The notes beneath the pieces are model-generated. The model was given only the letters and a program-made list of their open reading frames with translations. It did no database searches and was not told where the DNA came from. The position numbers and the translations under genes are program-made. Positions 38,366 through 53,189 of a stretch of DNA of 64,000 nt are shown piece after piece (position 1 is the first letter of the stretch; each line of letters starts with the position of its first letter). Source of the DNA: Eledone cirrhosa (lineage: Eukaryota); assembly GCA_964016885.1 (NCBI GenBank), contig OZ024752.1, forward strand, positions 38,564,001 to 38,628,000, read 5' to 3'.

Positions 38366-39357
38366 TTAAAGGTTAGAAACGGTCAAAATAATTGTACACA
38401 GATGAAAAAACATGGAGCCGGTAAGAAGCGTGGCTTCACCTTCCATAATAATAATAATAATAATTGTTTCTACTTTAGGCACAAGGCCAGCACTTACCCA
38501 GTGCATTACTGGTACTTTATTTTATCGACCCCGTAAGGATGAAAGGCAAAGTCAACCTCGGCGGGATTTGAACTCAGATCGTAAAGGGACGTAACTATGC
38601 TGGAAAGCATGGCGTCTGACCCTCTACCGATAATACTAATGGTTTCTGATTTAGGCACAAAGCCAAACATTTTGGTGGAAAGGGAAAGTCAATTAAATTG
38701 ACCCCAGTACATCACTGGTACTTTATTTTACCAACCCCCTAAGGATGAACGACAAAGCTTACCTCGGCAGGATTTGAAATAATAATAAGAGTGTTACAAC
38801 TGCTTAAAGTTAATAAGGTTGAATAATAATTGTTTCTACTTTTGGCATAAGACTAGCAATTACCCAGTGCATTACTGGTACTTTATTTTATCGACCCTGT
38901 AAGGATGAAAGGCAAAGTTAACCGCGACGGGATTTAAACTCAGAATGGCAAGGGCCGTAACTCTTGAAGAATAATTTTCTACTTTTGGCACAAGGCCAGC
39001 AATTATACCAGTGTATTACTGGGACTTTATTTTATCGACCCCGTAATAATTTAATAATTGCCGAAGGAATGGTTCCAGAAAGAGTTAAATGCTTTGCATA
39101 AGCACTGTAAAGATGTTACTGCATTCAATGGAGATTGTTTTGCAGAATAAATAAATTTTAGTTTCAATATGTTATGCATTTTCATTTAAAGGGTTATTCT
39201 AAAGACTTTATTGAGACGCCAAATATTTCAAAACATCAACAGAGTTAGACATAACGAGAAGAGCATGTCAGCAAATTCTTGGGCCGTGTAGCCCAAGAAT
39301 TTGCTGACATGCTCTGACATCTGTCAACATATTTACAGTTGAAGACTGGTGTTATGC

Positions 39358-39579
39358 TTAACCCTTTAATATTTACATTACTCTATATATACTATTATAT
39401 TTTTGTGGTAAAGGCTTTTATCTAACATAATTATCTCACATAATATCGTATCTATTTTGATGTTATTTATTTTGAGAACAATACCTTAACATCAGTGTGA
39501 GCCGGTTATGACCAGTGTGAATAGAAAGAGGTGAGAGAATTCTAGCCAGATATGGCCAGTTTAAATGTTAAAGGGTTAA
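39358..39579. mobile_element. piggyBac-type MITE
   Basis: TTAA-CCCTTTAA...TTAAAGGG-TTAA. Confidence 0.8.
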
Positions 39580-39659
39580 AATAAGGGCCCTGCCTATGAA
39601 GGAAGTTATATAGAGTAATGGTAACGGCACCATTAAGACATTTACACCGTTAATATAAT

Positions 39660-39835
39660 TAGCCTCGCCATCACCTGAAGCATCGCTGCGAGTGTGCTGA
39701 CTTGCCTCAAAAATCATTATAGAGGTTGCCCGGTACTCATCGCGATTTTGCTGTCTTTTGCTCTGGTGTTGGCTCCGGTGTTCACCCCTTCCTTTACATT
39801 TTCTTTAATATTGCAACATTAAAGGAATATATCCT
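39660..39835 (+). mobile_element. CRE-like 3' end, second copy
   Basis: Near-identical to the reverse complement of 37662-37830. Confidence 0.7.
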
Positions 39836-40309
39836 TAGAAATTGAACGAAGACTGCGTTACACTGCCTTATTTAATCAGTAACGTAATCCATGATACATT
39901 AAAAGAGACGATATTATATATAAACTGCATGAGGAGAAAATTTGTGACAGAAAATAAGCGATCGGAAGTGTTGACATTTCCGAAATCTTTAAATAAACAA
40001 AATACATTTATTCAACAGCCACGAAATTTAGTAGCTAAATTATCTAATATTCATTCATTAAGCACCAGTAGTACACTGGGATAATTGCTAGCCTTAACTG
40101 CTACAGGATAAACAATTATAAACCGTACACAGTCCCGCGCTCCTTACTTTATTATAGTTTAGATATTTAAAATATATTTGTTATGTTATTCTACTGTAAA
40201 TTTATTTATATGCTTTGTATAATAAAATAGTAACCTTGTAAAGATTTGCGTAGCAAACCTTCATATTTACATGAGTGTACACAACCAATGTAAAACAGAA
40301 TACTCTTGC

Positions 40310-40463
40310 TGCTTCTTCTGTGTTGTTGATGTTGCTGTTGTTGTTGTTGTTGTTTTTCTTGTTGTTGTCGTGCTCATTGTCATTGTTGCTGTTGTTGCAG
40401 TTGTTGTTGCAGTTGCTGTTGTTGTTGTTGCTGCTGCTGTTGTTTTTGTTGTGCTCATTGTCA

Positions 40464-40497
<34 letters not shown>

Positions 40498-41010
40498 TGT
40501 CGTCGCCGTTGTTTTTGTTGTTGTTGTTATTGTCGTTGCTGCTGCTGCTGCTGTTGTTGTTGTTGTTGTTGTTGCTGCTGTTGGTGTCGTCGTCGTTGTT
40601 GTTGTTGTTGCCATTGTCATCTTCAACACCACCACCACCATCCCCACCATGATCACCACCATCATCAACATACCCAACACCAACACTACCACCACCACCA
40701 CCACCACCATCATCCCCACCACCACTACCATCATCCCCACCACCACTACCATCACCATCACCACTATCATCCCCACTACCATCACCATTATCCCCATCAC
40801 CACCATCATCACCACCACAACCACTAACACCATCCCCACTGCTACCACCACCACCATCACCATCACCACCACAACCATCACCCCCACAACCATCACCACC
40901 ATAACCATCACCACCATCCCCACTACCACCACCTCCACCATCCCCACTACCACCACCTCCCCCAATACCACCCCCACCCCCCATCATCACCATCATCATC
41001 ATCACCATCT
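40310..41010. repeat. (GTT)n then (CAC/CAT)n trinucleotide block
   Basis: Direct inspection. Confidence 0.93.
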
Positions 41011-41154
41011 GTTTGTCCATGCTGATATAGGTTAAATGGATCTGCTGTAGATCATATTGCCACAAATTGTAGTTTATTGATGTTTGACCAAGTAATGCTA
41101 ATAAAGAATTGCACATACAAAACCTGTCCAAATTGATTGCTTTGTTTAGCTTCT

Positions 41155-41208
<54 letters not shown>

Positions 41209-41389
41209 CATATATATATATACATATATATACATATATATACACATATATATATATACATATATATACACATATATACATATATATACACATATATACA
41301 TATATATACATACATATATACATATATACATATATATACAAACATATATACATATATATACATACATATATACATATATATACATACAT

Positions 41390-41420
<31 letters not shown>

Positions 41421-41490
41421 CATATATATATATATACATATATATATACATACATATATATATACATATTTATATACATATATATACATA

Positions 41491-41521
<31 letters not shown>

Positions 41522-41688
41522 GCATATATATACATATATATACATATACATATATATACATATATATATACATATACATATATATACATATACATATATA
41601 TACATACATATATATACATACATGCATATATATATACGTACACATACATACATGCACATACATATATACATACATATATATTCCTATA

Positions 41689-41760
<72 letters not shown>
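41155..41760. repeat. (TA)n/(TACA)n microsatellite
   Basis: Direct inspection. Confidence 0.95.
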
Positions 41761-41762
<2 letters not shown>

Positions 41763-42546
41763 AGTATGTGCCATACGATTAAATCATGTTTGTTAAATAT
41801 AAGAAAAAAAATATATATATATACATATATATATATATATCATAGATACATTAGAATAATCAACGTATTTACCAGACAATTACCATAGCTTATTATTGGT
41901 AAACACTAAAAAATAAAAGTAGAAATACATAAGAAAAACTTCACTATCAGACAATTATCTCTATAGAATTGTATATGCACTAATATACAGACCCCCACCT
42001 CCTCCCAACACTAATTCATTTACCCCTGTTCTATATAAATCTATATTGTATATCTTACTAACTATTGTTTGGTATATCTTGTCATCTGAGTATCACAGAA
42101 TGGGGCCAATAATCTGAGATATTATGATGGTTTCTGAATAAAGCTCAAGGCACAATGCAACCAATTTGAAAGGGTTGGCGAGGGGGAAAAGTCGATTAAA
42201 AACTGACCCCAGTTGCATTACTGGTACTTTATTTTATCGACCCCCCCCCCCCTGTAACGTTGAAAGGCATAGTTAACCTCGGCAGGATTTGAACTCAGAA
42301 CACGTAAAGAGACGTAACTATATGCCGCGAAGCAAGATGTCGGACGCTCTACCGATTCTGACAATCTGCCGCGCCCTGGTCTGAGGTATTATAATGGTTT
42401 CTGATTTAGGCACAAGGCCAGCAATTTGAAGGGGCTGAGGGGGAAAAGTTGATTCGACCCCAGTGTGTTACTGGTACTTTATTTTATAGCGTCCGTCCCC
42501 CCCTGTAAGGATGAAAGGCAAGGCTAACCTCAGCGGGATTTGAACT

Positions 42547-43697
42547 CAGTTTCTAGTAATGTCTCTTCCACAGTTTCTAGTAATGCCTCTTCCACAGTTT
42601 CTAGTAATGTCTCTTCCACAGTTTCTAGTAATGCTTCTTCCACAGTTTCTAGTAATGCCTCTTCCACAGTTTCTAGTAATGTCTCTTGCACAGTTTCTAG
42701 TAATGCTTCTTCCACAGTTTCTAGTAATGTCTCTTCCACAGTTTCTAGTAATGTCTCTTCCACAGTTTCTAGTAATGCTTCTTCCACAGTTTCTAGTAAT
42801 GCCTCTTCCACAGTTTCTAGTAATGTCTCTTCCACAGTTTCTAGTAATGTCTCTTCCACAGTTTCTAGTAATGCTTCTTCCACAGTTTCTAGTAATGTCT
42901 CTTCCACAGTTTCTAGTAATGCTTCTTCCACAGTTTCTAGTAATGTCTCTTCCACAGTTTCTAGTAATGCTTCTTCCACAGTTTCTAGTAATGCTTCTTC
43001 CACAGTTTCTAGTAATGCCTCTTCCACAGTTTCTAGTAATGTCTCTTCCACAGTTTCTAGTAATGTCTCTTCCACAGTTTCTAGTAATGCTTCTTCCACA
43101 GTTTCTAGTAATGTCTCTTTCACAGTTTCTAGTAATGTCTCTTCCACAGTTTCTAGTAATGCTTCTTCCACAGTTTCTAGTAATGTCTCTTCCACAGTTT
43201 CTAGTAATGCTTCTTCCACAGTTTCTAGTAATGCCTCTTCCACAGTTTCTAGTAATGTCTTTTGCACAGTTTCTAGTAATGCTTCTTCCACAGTTTCTAG
43301 TAATGTCTCTTCCACAGTTTCTAGTAATGCCTCTTCCACAGTTTCTAGTAATGTCTCTTCCACAGTTTCTAGTAATGCCTCTTCCACAGTTTCTAGTAAT
43401 GTCTCTTGCACAGTTTCTAGTAATGCTTCTTCCACAGTTTCTAGTAATGTCTCTTCCACAGTTTCTAGTAATGACTCTTCCACAGTTTCTAGTAATTTCT
43501 TTTCCACAGTTTCTAGTAATGTCTCTTCCACAGTTTCTAGTAGTATCTCTTCCACAGTTTCTAGTAATGTCTCTTCCACAGTTTCTAGTCATGTCTATTG
43601 ACTTCTTCTAGTCATGCCTTTTCCATGATTTCTAGTTGTCTTTTCCACATCTTGTAGTCATGTCTCTTCCACAATTTCGAGTAATGTCTCTTCCACT
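42547..43697. repeat. 24-bp minisatellite, about 44 clean copies plus a degenerate end
   Basis: Unit cagtttctagtaatgtctcttcca. Confidence 0.97.
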
Positions 43698-44814
43698 GGC
43701 TAAAGTTTTGTCATTTCATTCCGTTAGTTCCACAGGGTATATTTGAATTACTTCTACTTCCACAAATCAATATTAAATGACTGACATGCAACTAAACAGC
43801 TCTTGAACAAAAACAACTAAATGACAACAACAACAACAATACCATACCATACCACATACAAAGACATTAAAAAGTCTTTGCTTTCTGCTGAACAGAAATA
43901 AAATTCTTTTGTTGCAAAGATCAGTAAAAAAAACAAAACAACAACAACAACAAAAACAAACAAAAAATACAAATGAAAGTCTTAAAACTTGTGCTTGGCT
44001 ATAATAATCTAACTGGATTCAACAACGAAATCTCTTAAGTGTTATCTGTTAAAAAACACTTTTAGTAACCATAGAGGGTTGCTAGGAGAAGAAATCAGAG
44101 AATGTTAAAAAAAACTCAGATATTCTCAAGAATCCATTTCTAACACACTGATCAATTATCTATGGGAATATTTTACATGTTTTTCAGTTTCTAAATCATT
44201 GAGAAAAATCTAAAACCAATAATAAATTGTATTATTTTATTTTTTTAGGTGCTCAATACATTAATCAATTTATTTTAATTAAATTTAATTTATTGCTATT
44301 ATATTTTTGCAAGAATATATTAAGTCCAGTGGGAGCAATGGACAAAGTTTGTGGTGGTTGGATTTGAACTCAAACATAAAGAGACAAAATAAGACTATGT
44401 TGTTATTAAGTCTGGTTACTTTGTTGTTTTGTTAAATAAATAATAAAATAATTGTTTCTACTTTTGGCACAAGGCCAGCAATTACCCAGTGCATTACTGG
44501 TACTTTATTTTATCGACCCCGGCGGGATTTGAACTCAGATTGGAAAGGGCCGTAATGTAATGTGGCCGTGTAGGTAACATGGTAAAAAGTTCCCAGTTCC
44601 ACACTGTAAATGTGGTTGGTGTTAGGAAGGGCATCCAGCCATAGAAAACCTGCCAGATAGTCCTATATGAGCGAGACACGGTCACCCGACCAGCCTTGCC
44701 TCAAGTGGAACAACTCCCGTCTAACTCATGCTAGCGTGGAAAATGGACGTTAAATGAAGATGATGATGATGATGATGATGATATATATATGAATGAGTTC
44801 TTAACCATTTTTAT

Positions 44815-45033
44815 TTAACCCTTTAACATTTACACTACTCTATATTTACTATTATATTTTCCCAGTAAAGGCTTTACCTCACATAATTATCTCACATAAT
44901 ATCGAATCTATGAGACTTTGATATTATTTATTTTTAGAACAATACCTTAATGACAGTATAAGTAGCCAGTTACAGCTGGTTTGTACAGAAAGCGGTGCAA
45001 GAATGCTGGCCGGTTTAAACGTTAAAGGGTTAA
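44815..45033. mobile_element. piggyBac-type MITE
   Basis: TTAA-CCCTTTAAC...GTTAAAGGG-TTAA. Confidence 0.8.
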
Positions 45034-46979
45034 CATTATTTCAAAAATAAAAATAAGTAAAAATTCTTTAAAATTAGAAAATATTTGAAAATAATAATAT
45101 TCCTAAAATTTACCTTTTTCAGTTTTCTCCTTGAATAATAAAGATACAATGGGCATATGTGAATATAATTCCACTTCAGTTCACATCTAGATGACTCCAT
45201 GAAAATATTATGATTAACCAGATCTTTGTTGCTTTTCCAATGAATTCTCTGTAAAAAATTAAACAAATAACATATTGGATTTAGACATATTTTCCTTCAA
45301 GTAAATGGTTTCTGATTTTAGGCACAATGCCATTTTTTTTTTTTTTTTTGTGAGGGAAGAGAAAAGTCGATTAAATCAATCCCAGTGCATTACTGGGATT
45401 TGATTTGATCAACTCCGTAAGGAAGGAAGGCAAAGCTAACCTCAGTAGGATTTGAACTCACTGACCTAAAAATAATAATTGTTTCTGATTTAGGTACAAG
45501 GCCAACAATTTCTTGGTGGGAGGAGAAACCAATTAAATTGACCCCAGTGCATTACTGGTACTCTACTGTATCGACCCCGTAAGGATGAAAGGCAAAGCTG
45601 ACCTCTGCTAGATTTGAATCCATAGTGTAAAGGGCCATAACTCTATGCTGCAAATCATATAATAATGGTTTCTGATTTAGGTACAAAGCAAAAAATATAT
45701 TGAACCTATAAGTGTTGGCTGAAAAGTTAATAGACTACTATGAAGAAGTAATGCTAGTGCTGTGAAATCTTGCATGCATTAATTTCAATTCTTATTAATA
45801 ACTACATTGTTTCTTTCCAGGAGCTATGTTGAAAAATAAACCTCATTTAGTCATTCCATGAGAGTATCTTGGTCAGCCTATGAAGGAGTGATGCTAGAGC
45901 TGTGAACTCTTGCATGCATTAATTTCAACTCTTCTTATTAATAACTGCATTATTTCTTCCCATGGATTATGTTGACAAAAAAACCTGATTTGGTCATTCC
46001 ATGAGAGTATCTTGGTCAGCCTATGAACTTTTCAGCTGACATGCCATAGGTTCAATATATTTAAAACTAGGGCTGAAAAATATATAAAAGATTGTGAAAG
46101 AAATATTGTATCTTGTCAAAAAGTCTTTAGTGAGCTTGATGTTTATTTTACTAGAAATAAAATTGGTGGAGTGACACAAATGCTAGATGACCTTTGCGGT
46201 ACTTGTTACATGCTCCTACAGCCAGTGTTTTAAAAAAATATATACTTGGGACAGTGGAATAAGTACCATGCTTGCATTAGAGTTAATTTGTGGTGTTGTG
46301 CCAACGTAGGAAATATATATGACAGTAGTGAAGGTGCATGGCTTATGGCTTAGCGGTTAGAGAATTGGGTTTACAATTGTGAAGTTGTGAGTTCAATTCA
46401 AGGACTGGGTAATGCGTTATGTCCTTAACCCTTTAACATTCACATTACTCTATATATACTATTATATTTTCATGGTAAAGGTTTTACCTCACATAATATC
46501 TCACATAATATTGAATCTATGAGATTTTGAAAGTATTTATTTTGAGAACAATACCTTCATATCAGTATGAGAGACCAGTTACAGCCAGTTTCAACAGAAA
46601 GAGATAGAGAATTCTGGCCGGTTTTGCCCGGTTTGAACATCAAAGGGCAAGACATTTTATTTAACATTGTTTATTCCTTCTGCCAGGAGTTGTGACCAGT
46701 AGTTAGCATCAGCTATGAAAAGACCAATGGAAACATTGTTTCCTTGGTCCAATCTGACAAACTCCACCTCACTCAGTAAGCAAATGAACAACATTTATCA
46801 AGTTATTTATAACATCATTTTCTTTATATCAGTTTAAAATGTGGTAATTAAAATTGTTTTATTAGTTTCTTTTATTGCCATAAAAATTTCAATGTATGAA
46901 ATTTTTTAAATTTGCATAGAATATCGCCAGTAAATCAATTATAATATCCGATTCTAAATGGCAAATTCTTCACTTGCGA

Positions 46980-47200
46980 TGATCAGTGGGAAGAATTATT
47001 GTCCTGTTCCATGTGGTGGCACACCCTGAGGTGGCTGTAGAGGCCAATTCTGGACCTGCAGGCTCTGGTACAGTTGGGGCAAGTGTATATTTGGTCAGTT
47101 AGTGGTTGGGTGGTGGACAGCTTTCTTCTTTGATGCTTGTCTTCAGCTGCCACCTTCCTGCCCTCCTCAAAGCTGTTTTGATGGTCACTCTCCATTCCTC
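46980..47200 (-). mobile_element. RTE-clade LINE 3' end with C2H2-type finger
   Basis: FEEGRK...KHQRRK...YTCPNCTRACRSRIGLYSHLRVC. Confidence 0.7.
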
Positions 47201-48620
47201 TTTTTCTTCTTCTGCCAGGTGTTCAAAATGAACATTTTTACTTCGATGAAATGTTAAACTGTTAAAATTGTAGGGTGTGGGAATACAGAAAAGTCAGATG
47301 ACCCTATATCAAGACCACACTTTTTGGGAGGTGAACATATATGAGGAAGGAATCAATAATTGTTTCTACTTTGGGCACAAGGCCAGCAATTACCCAGTGC
47401 ATTACTGGTACTTTATTTTATCGACCCTGTAAGGATGAAAGGCAAAGTCAACCTCGGCGGGATTTGAACTCAGATCGTAAAGGGACGTAACTATGGTGGA
47501 AAGCATGGCGTCAGACCCTCTACCGATACTGCCAATCCGAATCAATAATAACCAGCATTGAACTTTAATCTTTTTTCTTTTCCTATTGATGGAAAATTAG
47601 TTGTGTGTGCATCATAAGATATGATCTCCTTCTAGTCACTTTCTTTTGTTTAATTGATCGACAAAATCTCAGACCTCTTTTGCTCACTGAGTGGGGTGGA
47701 ACTCGTTAAATTGGACCAAAGAAACAATGTTTCCATTGATTTTTTTCCCTGTCTACTGGTCGCAACTCCTAGCAGAAGGAACAACATGAAAATAAAGTGT
47801 CTTGCTCAAGGACATAAGACATCACCCAGTCTCGGAATCAAACTCACAACCTCACTATAGCATTGGCTTTCCTGATCAGAAATATCCATCGATGGGTGAT
47901 CAACTCTATTGACATAAAAGGACAAAAATATCCATCAATGGGTGATTAGCTCTGTTGACATAAGAAGACAAAAAATTGAAATTATGATGTTTAAGTCCTT
48001 TTGGACAGTATTGGTTTTCATGATAAAAAAATATCCATTCACGGGTGGTCAGTTCTGTTGTCATAAAAGGACAAGAAATTAAAATTATGATGTTTAAGTT
48101 CTTTTGAATAAATAACATTGGCTTTCATGACCAGAAGTATCCATCAATGGGTGATCATGAAAATAAAGTAAGAGAATATGGAAAACAAGACCATACTGTA
48201 GATTCAGATTCAGTTTATTAGGGAGAAACTTACCTCTTACTCTCCATAAAGCTGATAAGATATATAATCAGATGAGTTAATAATTAATTTCAATTAATTT
48301 TACATTGTTTCATAAGAAGATTCATAATCACTGAAATATTGATAGTCAGTGGAATATTATCAAGATATATTCACACAACCAAGCAGACAGGTATGGAAAA
48401 ATAATTATGAAGTATAGATGGATGTAACTATAGCAATAACCCAGAGAGAACAAAGTGTGTAGTGAAGCATACTTAATAACCCAAGATCCATAATTACACT
48501 TAAATATAGTTAATTATGCATAATCTGTTTTGATTCGGGGAGATATAGAAGGAAATAAATAAAGATAGATAAATAAATGTTTAGCTAGAGAGATAGGTAG
48601 ATAGATAGGTTGATAGATAG

Positions 48621-48680
<60 letters not shown>

Positions 48681-48758
48681 GTACAGAGATTAATAGATAG
48701 ATCGATAGATAGGTAGATAGATAGATATATGGATAGGTAGATAGATGGATAGATATAT

Positions 48759-49255
48759 TTCTTTATTTGCCACAAGGGCGCACAAGAAAAGGGGACAATA
48801 CAAAGACACATGCCGGGGATTTTACATACATTCGTGTAAAAATATTGAAACAAACAATTATAACAATCGAAATCCCCAATAGGGGGGAGGCGCCACAAAT
48901 GGGTTGTTTAATAAACCGTCGATAGAACAACCCTCAACTTCAGGAGCGTGTTGTGCAAGTGCTCCCTTCTTCCTTTTGCTCTCTTCTTTAACCTACAGGC
49001 TTATAAACAGAGAAGGCCCAATCACTCGGGCCAATTTTGCCACATTCACCCACCTTTCAGTAAATTTACTGGGGTGCAGTCCCTCTCTCTCCACTCTGAT
49101 TCTCCTTCTAAAGTGATACTTAAAGAAGGGATTCAATTGTTGTCCGGAGAGAAAGGCATCTGTCCTCAGTCCTCTCAATCTCATCCACCACATAACTTCT
49201 TTCACCATAGCCACTGTACAGAGGAAAACCGCCTCTCTTTCGTTTTTGAAAGAAG
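48759..49255 (-). mobile_element. 3' fragment of a related Tx1/L1-like LINE
   Basis: RIRVERE...KFTERWVNVAKLARV parallels 34754-34972; same cccttgtggcaaataaag 3' end; lies within (GATA)n. Confidence 0.65.
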
Positions 49256-50554
49256 ATAACTAGATACATAGATGGATAGATAGCTAGATACATAGATGGA
49301 TAGAAAGGTAGATAGGTAGATAGCTAAATAGATCAATAGATATATGGATATATATAGATAGAGGGCTTCCTTCTATATAAATAGTAGATCCAAGTTTACA
49401 ATAATGAAAACCTACCTTCCCATGGGCATGGGTTGAAGCATCTAGTATGCACCACCTTCCCTCCCCCTTCCATTCACCTCCCATGTCCTAACACTGCACC
49501 CACATCCTAACACCCCACCCACATCCTAATACTCCATTCTTCACCAGATAGGTCCCCCAGCAGCCAGTCCACACTGGAAAGTGGTCGTGCTGGTGCCACA
49601 ACAAAAAAGTACCTAGTCTACACTGTAGAGTGGTTGTGTTGGTGACACGCCAAAAAGTGCCTAGTCCAGACTGTAAATGTGGTTGGCATTAGGAAGGTCA
49701 TCCAGCCATAGAAGCCAAGCCAGAAACAGTTCTGTATGAGCAAGACATGGTCACCTGATCTGACTTCTCTCACAATGGGACAACTCGTCTAACCCATGCT
49801 AGTGTGGAAAAATGGACATTAAACTGTGATGATGATGATGATGGTGATGATGATGGTGATGATGGTGATGGTGATGATGATGATGGTGGTGGTGATGATG
49901 ATGGTGGTGGTGGTGGTGGTGATGATGGTGATGCTGATGGTGGTGATGGTGATGGTACTGGTGATGGTGATGATGATGATGATGATGATGATGATACATA
50001 TTGTATCAAACATGTTAAAATAATATGGAGTCCAAAGGTTAACTTTCGTGATTTATTTTTCAAAAACTGCTGATGGTTAGTTGAAGGTTTTAATAACAAT
50101 TTCTGATTTAGGCACAAAGCCAACAATTTGAGCGGAGGGGAAAGTCGATTAAATCGATCCCAGTGTATTACTGGTACTTTATTTTATCAACCCCGAAAGG
50201 ATGAAAAGTAAAGCTACTTCAGTGGGATTTGAACTCAGAATGTATAAAGAGCCATAACTATATACTGTTAAGCGTGTTGCCTGATGCTCTACCGAGTACA
50301 GCCGATGCTCTGCCCTGTTGAAGGTTTTAATTACAACGATCTATAAGACAATAAATTGAGAGGCAGTATTAGACATACTGAGCAGGAGAATATGGCTTGT
50401 TCATGTTTCAAATGAGGATTATCAACCTAAAGGATGGGAATATAAAGCTGTGGATTTAAACTTAATCATGGATTTGGTTCATAAAGGACTTAATCCATTA
50501 TGGTAAACATCTCTTTACTTATTTACAATTGTATGAGACAACGAGAGGAGATTT

Positions 50555-50839
50555 TATGAGGGTCAGCTGAAAAGTTCATAGGCTGACCAAGATACTCTCA
50601 TGGAATTACCAAATGAGGTTTATTTTTCAACATAGTCCCTGGAAAGAAACAATGCAGTTATTATATGAGGGTCAGCTGAAAAGTTCATAGTCTGACCAAG
50701 ATACTCTCATGGAATTACCAAATGAGGTTTATTTTTCAACATAGTCCCTGGAAAGAAACAATACAGTTATTAATAAGAAGAGTTGAAATTAAAGCATGCC
50801 AGATTTCATGGCATATGAACTTTTCTGCCAGCCCTCATA
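50555..50839. mobile_element. mariner-type MITE with internal duplication
   Basis: TA-tgagggtcagctgaaaagttcata ... tatgaacttttctgccagccctca-TA. Related copies at about 20823-21176 (SINE-interrupted), 24250-24442 and 45710-46040. Confidence 0.7.
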
Positions 50840-51113
50840 AATGGTTGTTTGACTTGCTAGATCTAGCAACCCAAGTCTCTTTCAAATCATCTCCTTACTG
50901 TCTTAGAAAAAGGAGGACACATTATAAAATGTGGTCCTAGATGCATTGTGTCTGACAAAATATGGGATGGTACAACTTGGAATACTTTTGATCCCCGGTC
51001 TGCTTGTTTAGAAATGGCCCAGGGCTAAACAAAAATAACAACATTACCACTTCAGAAACATTTCTCAAATAAATGTGTACTAATAAATCTTAATTTCAAA
51101 GTAAGGTGGTGAA

Positions 51114-51672
51114 CAGGGCCAGATTTATTGGTGGGCAGAGATGGTGAATGCCCTGGGCACTCTTTGTCAAGCAGGGCCCCCACTAGGAACAGCCCGAGGC
51201 CACCCTCAAACTTGAACTTCCCCAGGCCTCCTACATCTGAATTGTCCTGGGCCCACCAATCCTGAACAGCCCTGGGTTTCCCCCAAATCTCACTGCCCCG
51301 GGTCCCTCAAACCTGAACAGCCCCGGGCCTCCCCCAAACTTGAACAGCCCTAGGTCTCCCCCAAATCTGAACTTCCCCAGGCCTCCTAAACCTGAACTGT
51401 CCTGGTCCCACCAAACCTGAACTGCCCCAGGCCTCCTAAACCTGAACTGTCCTGGTCCCACCAAACCTGAACAGCCCTGGGCCTCCCCAAACCTGAACAG
51501 CCCTGGATCTCCCCCAAATCTAAACTTCCCCTCCCCCCAACTTGAACTGTCCTGGTCCCACCAAACCTAAACTACCCCAGTCCTCCAAAACCTGATCTCT
51601 TCTGGGCCCCTGAAACCTGAACTGCCTTCCCACCACACCCCATCCCCCTGCCAACGTCTAAATATGGCCCTG
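51114..51672. mobile_element. hAT-type MITE with GC-rich internal tandem repeats of about 30 bp
   Basis: TIR cagggccagattta / taaatatggccctg; 8-bp TSD gtggtgaa / gtagtgaa. Confidence 0.75.
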
Positions 51673-53189
51673 GTAGTGAAGTAGCAGAAATGGTAGCACA
51701 CAAGACTAAATACCTTTCTGTATTTAATTCATTTCCTTTACATTGTGACTTTCAGATCCTGCTAGAGTTGAGTTTAATTTTCATCTTAACAGAATCAATA
51801 ACATCACCAGTCATTTTCTGAAAATCAATTCAACTTTTTATCTCTGTAAATGTGTAACTTCCTGTCAAATGTAAGAAAGTAAGAAGCCAACTGATAGGGG
51901 GTGAGAGGGGGGGGGGGGGGGGGGGCTTCATGCAGTAAACTCAACCTGCAGTAGGCACATAACAGTTTCAAATTACACTCATTTGTTTTATAAAAGGAAC
52001 ACATATTGGATAATTTAGAGCTACATATGTCTGAATAAAAGATGAAATGGATTTGAAATACACATCATCATCATCTTTATCATCATTTAACGTCATACAT
52101 GCCAAATAGGAAAAGTACCTACAGTAGAATTAAACCAACAAGGTCATTGAACCAAACAATGTTCTTTTATTACCATAAAATGCTCCTATGCCAAAGCTAG
52201 CTTTATCCTTGCCAAACTCTTCAATCTCTCTCTCTCTCATTCCTTTCCCCTTCCCTCCCTCCCTCTCTCTCTCTCATTCCTTCTTTCCCTCTCCCTCCCT
52301 CCGTCTCTCTCTCTCTCGTTCCTTCTTTTCCCCTCCCTCCCTCCCTCTTCCCCCCCCCCCCTCTATCATTCCTTCTTTCCCCCTCATTCCCTCTCCCCCC
52401 CTCTCTCTCTCTCTGGGATCAATTTAATCAACTTTCCCTCCCCCCCCAAAATTGCTGTCCTTGTGCCTAAATAAGAAACCATTAATAGTTTGTGGTGTAT
52501 GTTGAAATCATCCCATTAGATTCAAAATAGTAATAAAAAATCCCTCAAGTTTCCTTCTTCTAAGAGATCCTAATGTCAGCAGGATTACCAGGAGTTCCCT
52601 TTCTTTGTGACATTACCAATGATATAAATTGGTAGAAAAAAAAACAAATGGTTGCTTTGGCTTTCCCACTAAAATATTTTAGTAACATGAATCATTGCAG
52701 CAAATGCTTGTTGATGAGAAGTAAGCAAAACTAACAGATACTAACAGATACACAAATGTTAAATCATCTATGGCAAAACATTGTCGAGACTTCATATGCT
52801 GTCATACTATGAAGCAGATGTCATCTTTGTTGTTAAGTGATGAGATCAAACATAAAGAGACATAGTTATCAAATCATTTAAGAGACCCACTTAACACACT
52901 CTGCCAAAATGTTATCAAGCTAGTATCAGACTTCAAAATAGAAGAATAACCAATCAATGCTTTTAACTGAAATTGTTTTGCATAATCAAATTTATGCGAT
53001 TGATGTTAATATCAATTTATAGTGAGAACAGTTATGCACCATCAACAAAAACCTACTTTAGATTGTTAACTATTATAACTATTTATACTTTACTCTCTTA
53101 AATATGTTCCATAAAAAAATATTATAACAGTTTTGAGAGAAAAATAATATCTTGAGGATTTTAATCCATGTGCTCTCAACCTAATCGTA

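Noticed and set aside
40202-41888. Gly/Asp/Asn-rich and YI-repeat ORFs
   Set aside because: Microsatellite translations. The same applies to the YI/CV/HT-rich ORFs throughout the window.
42530-43611. Four overlapping ORFs of about 350 aa
   Set aside because: Artefact of a 24-bp stop-poor repeat unit.
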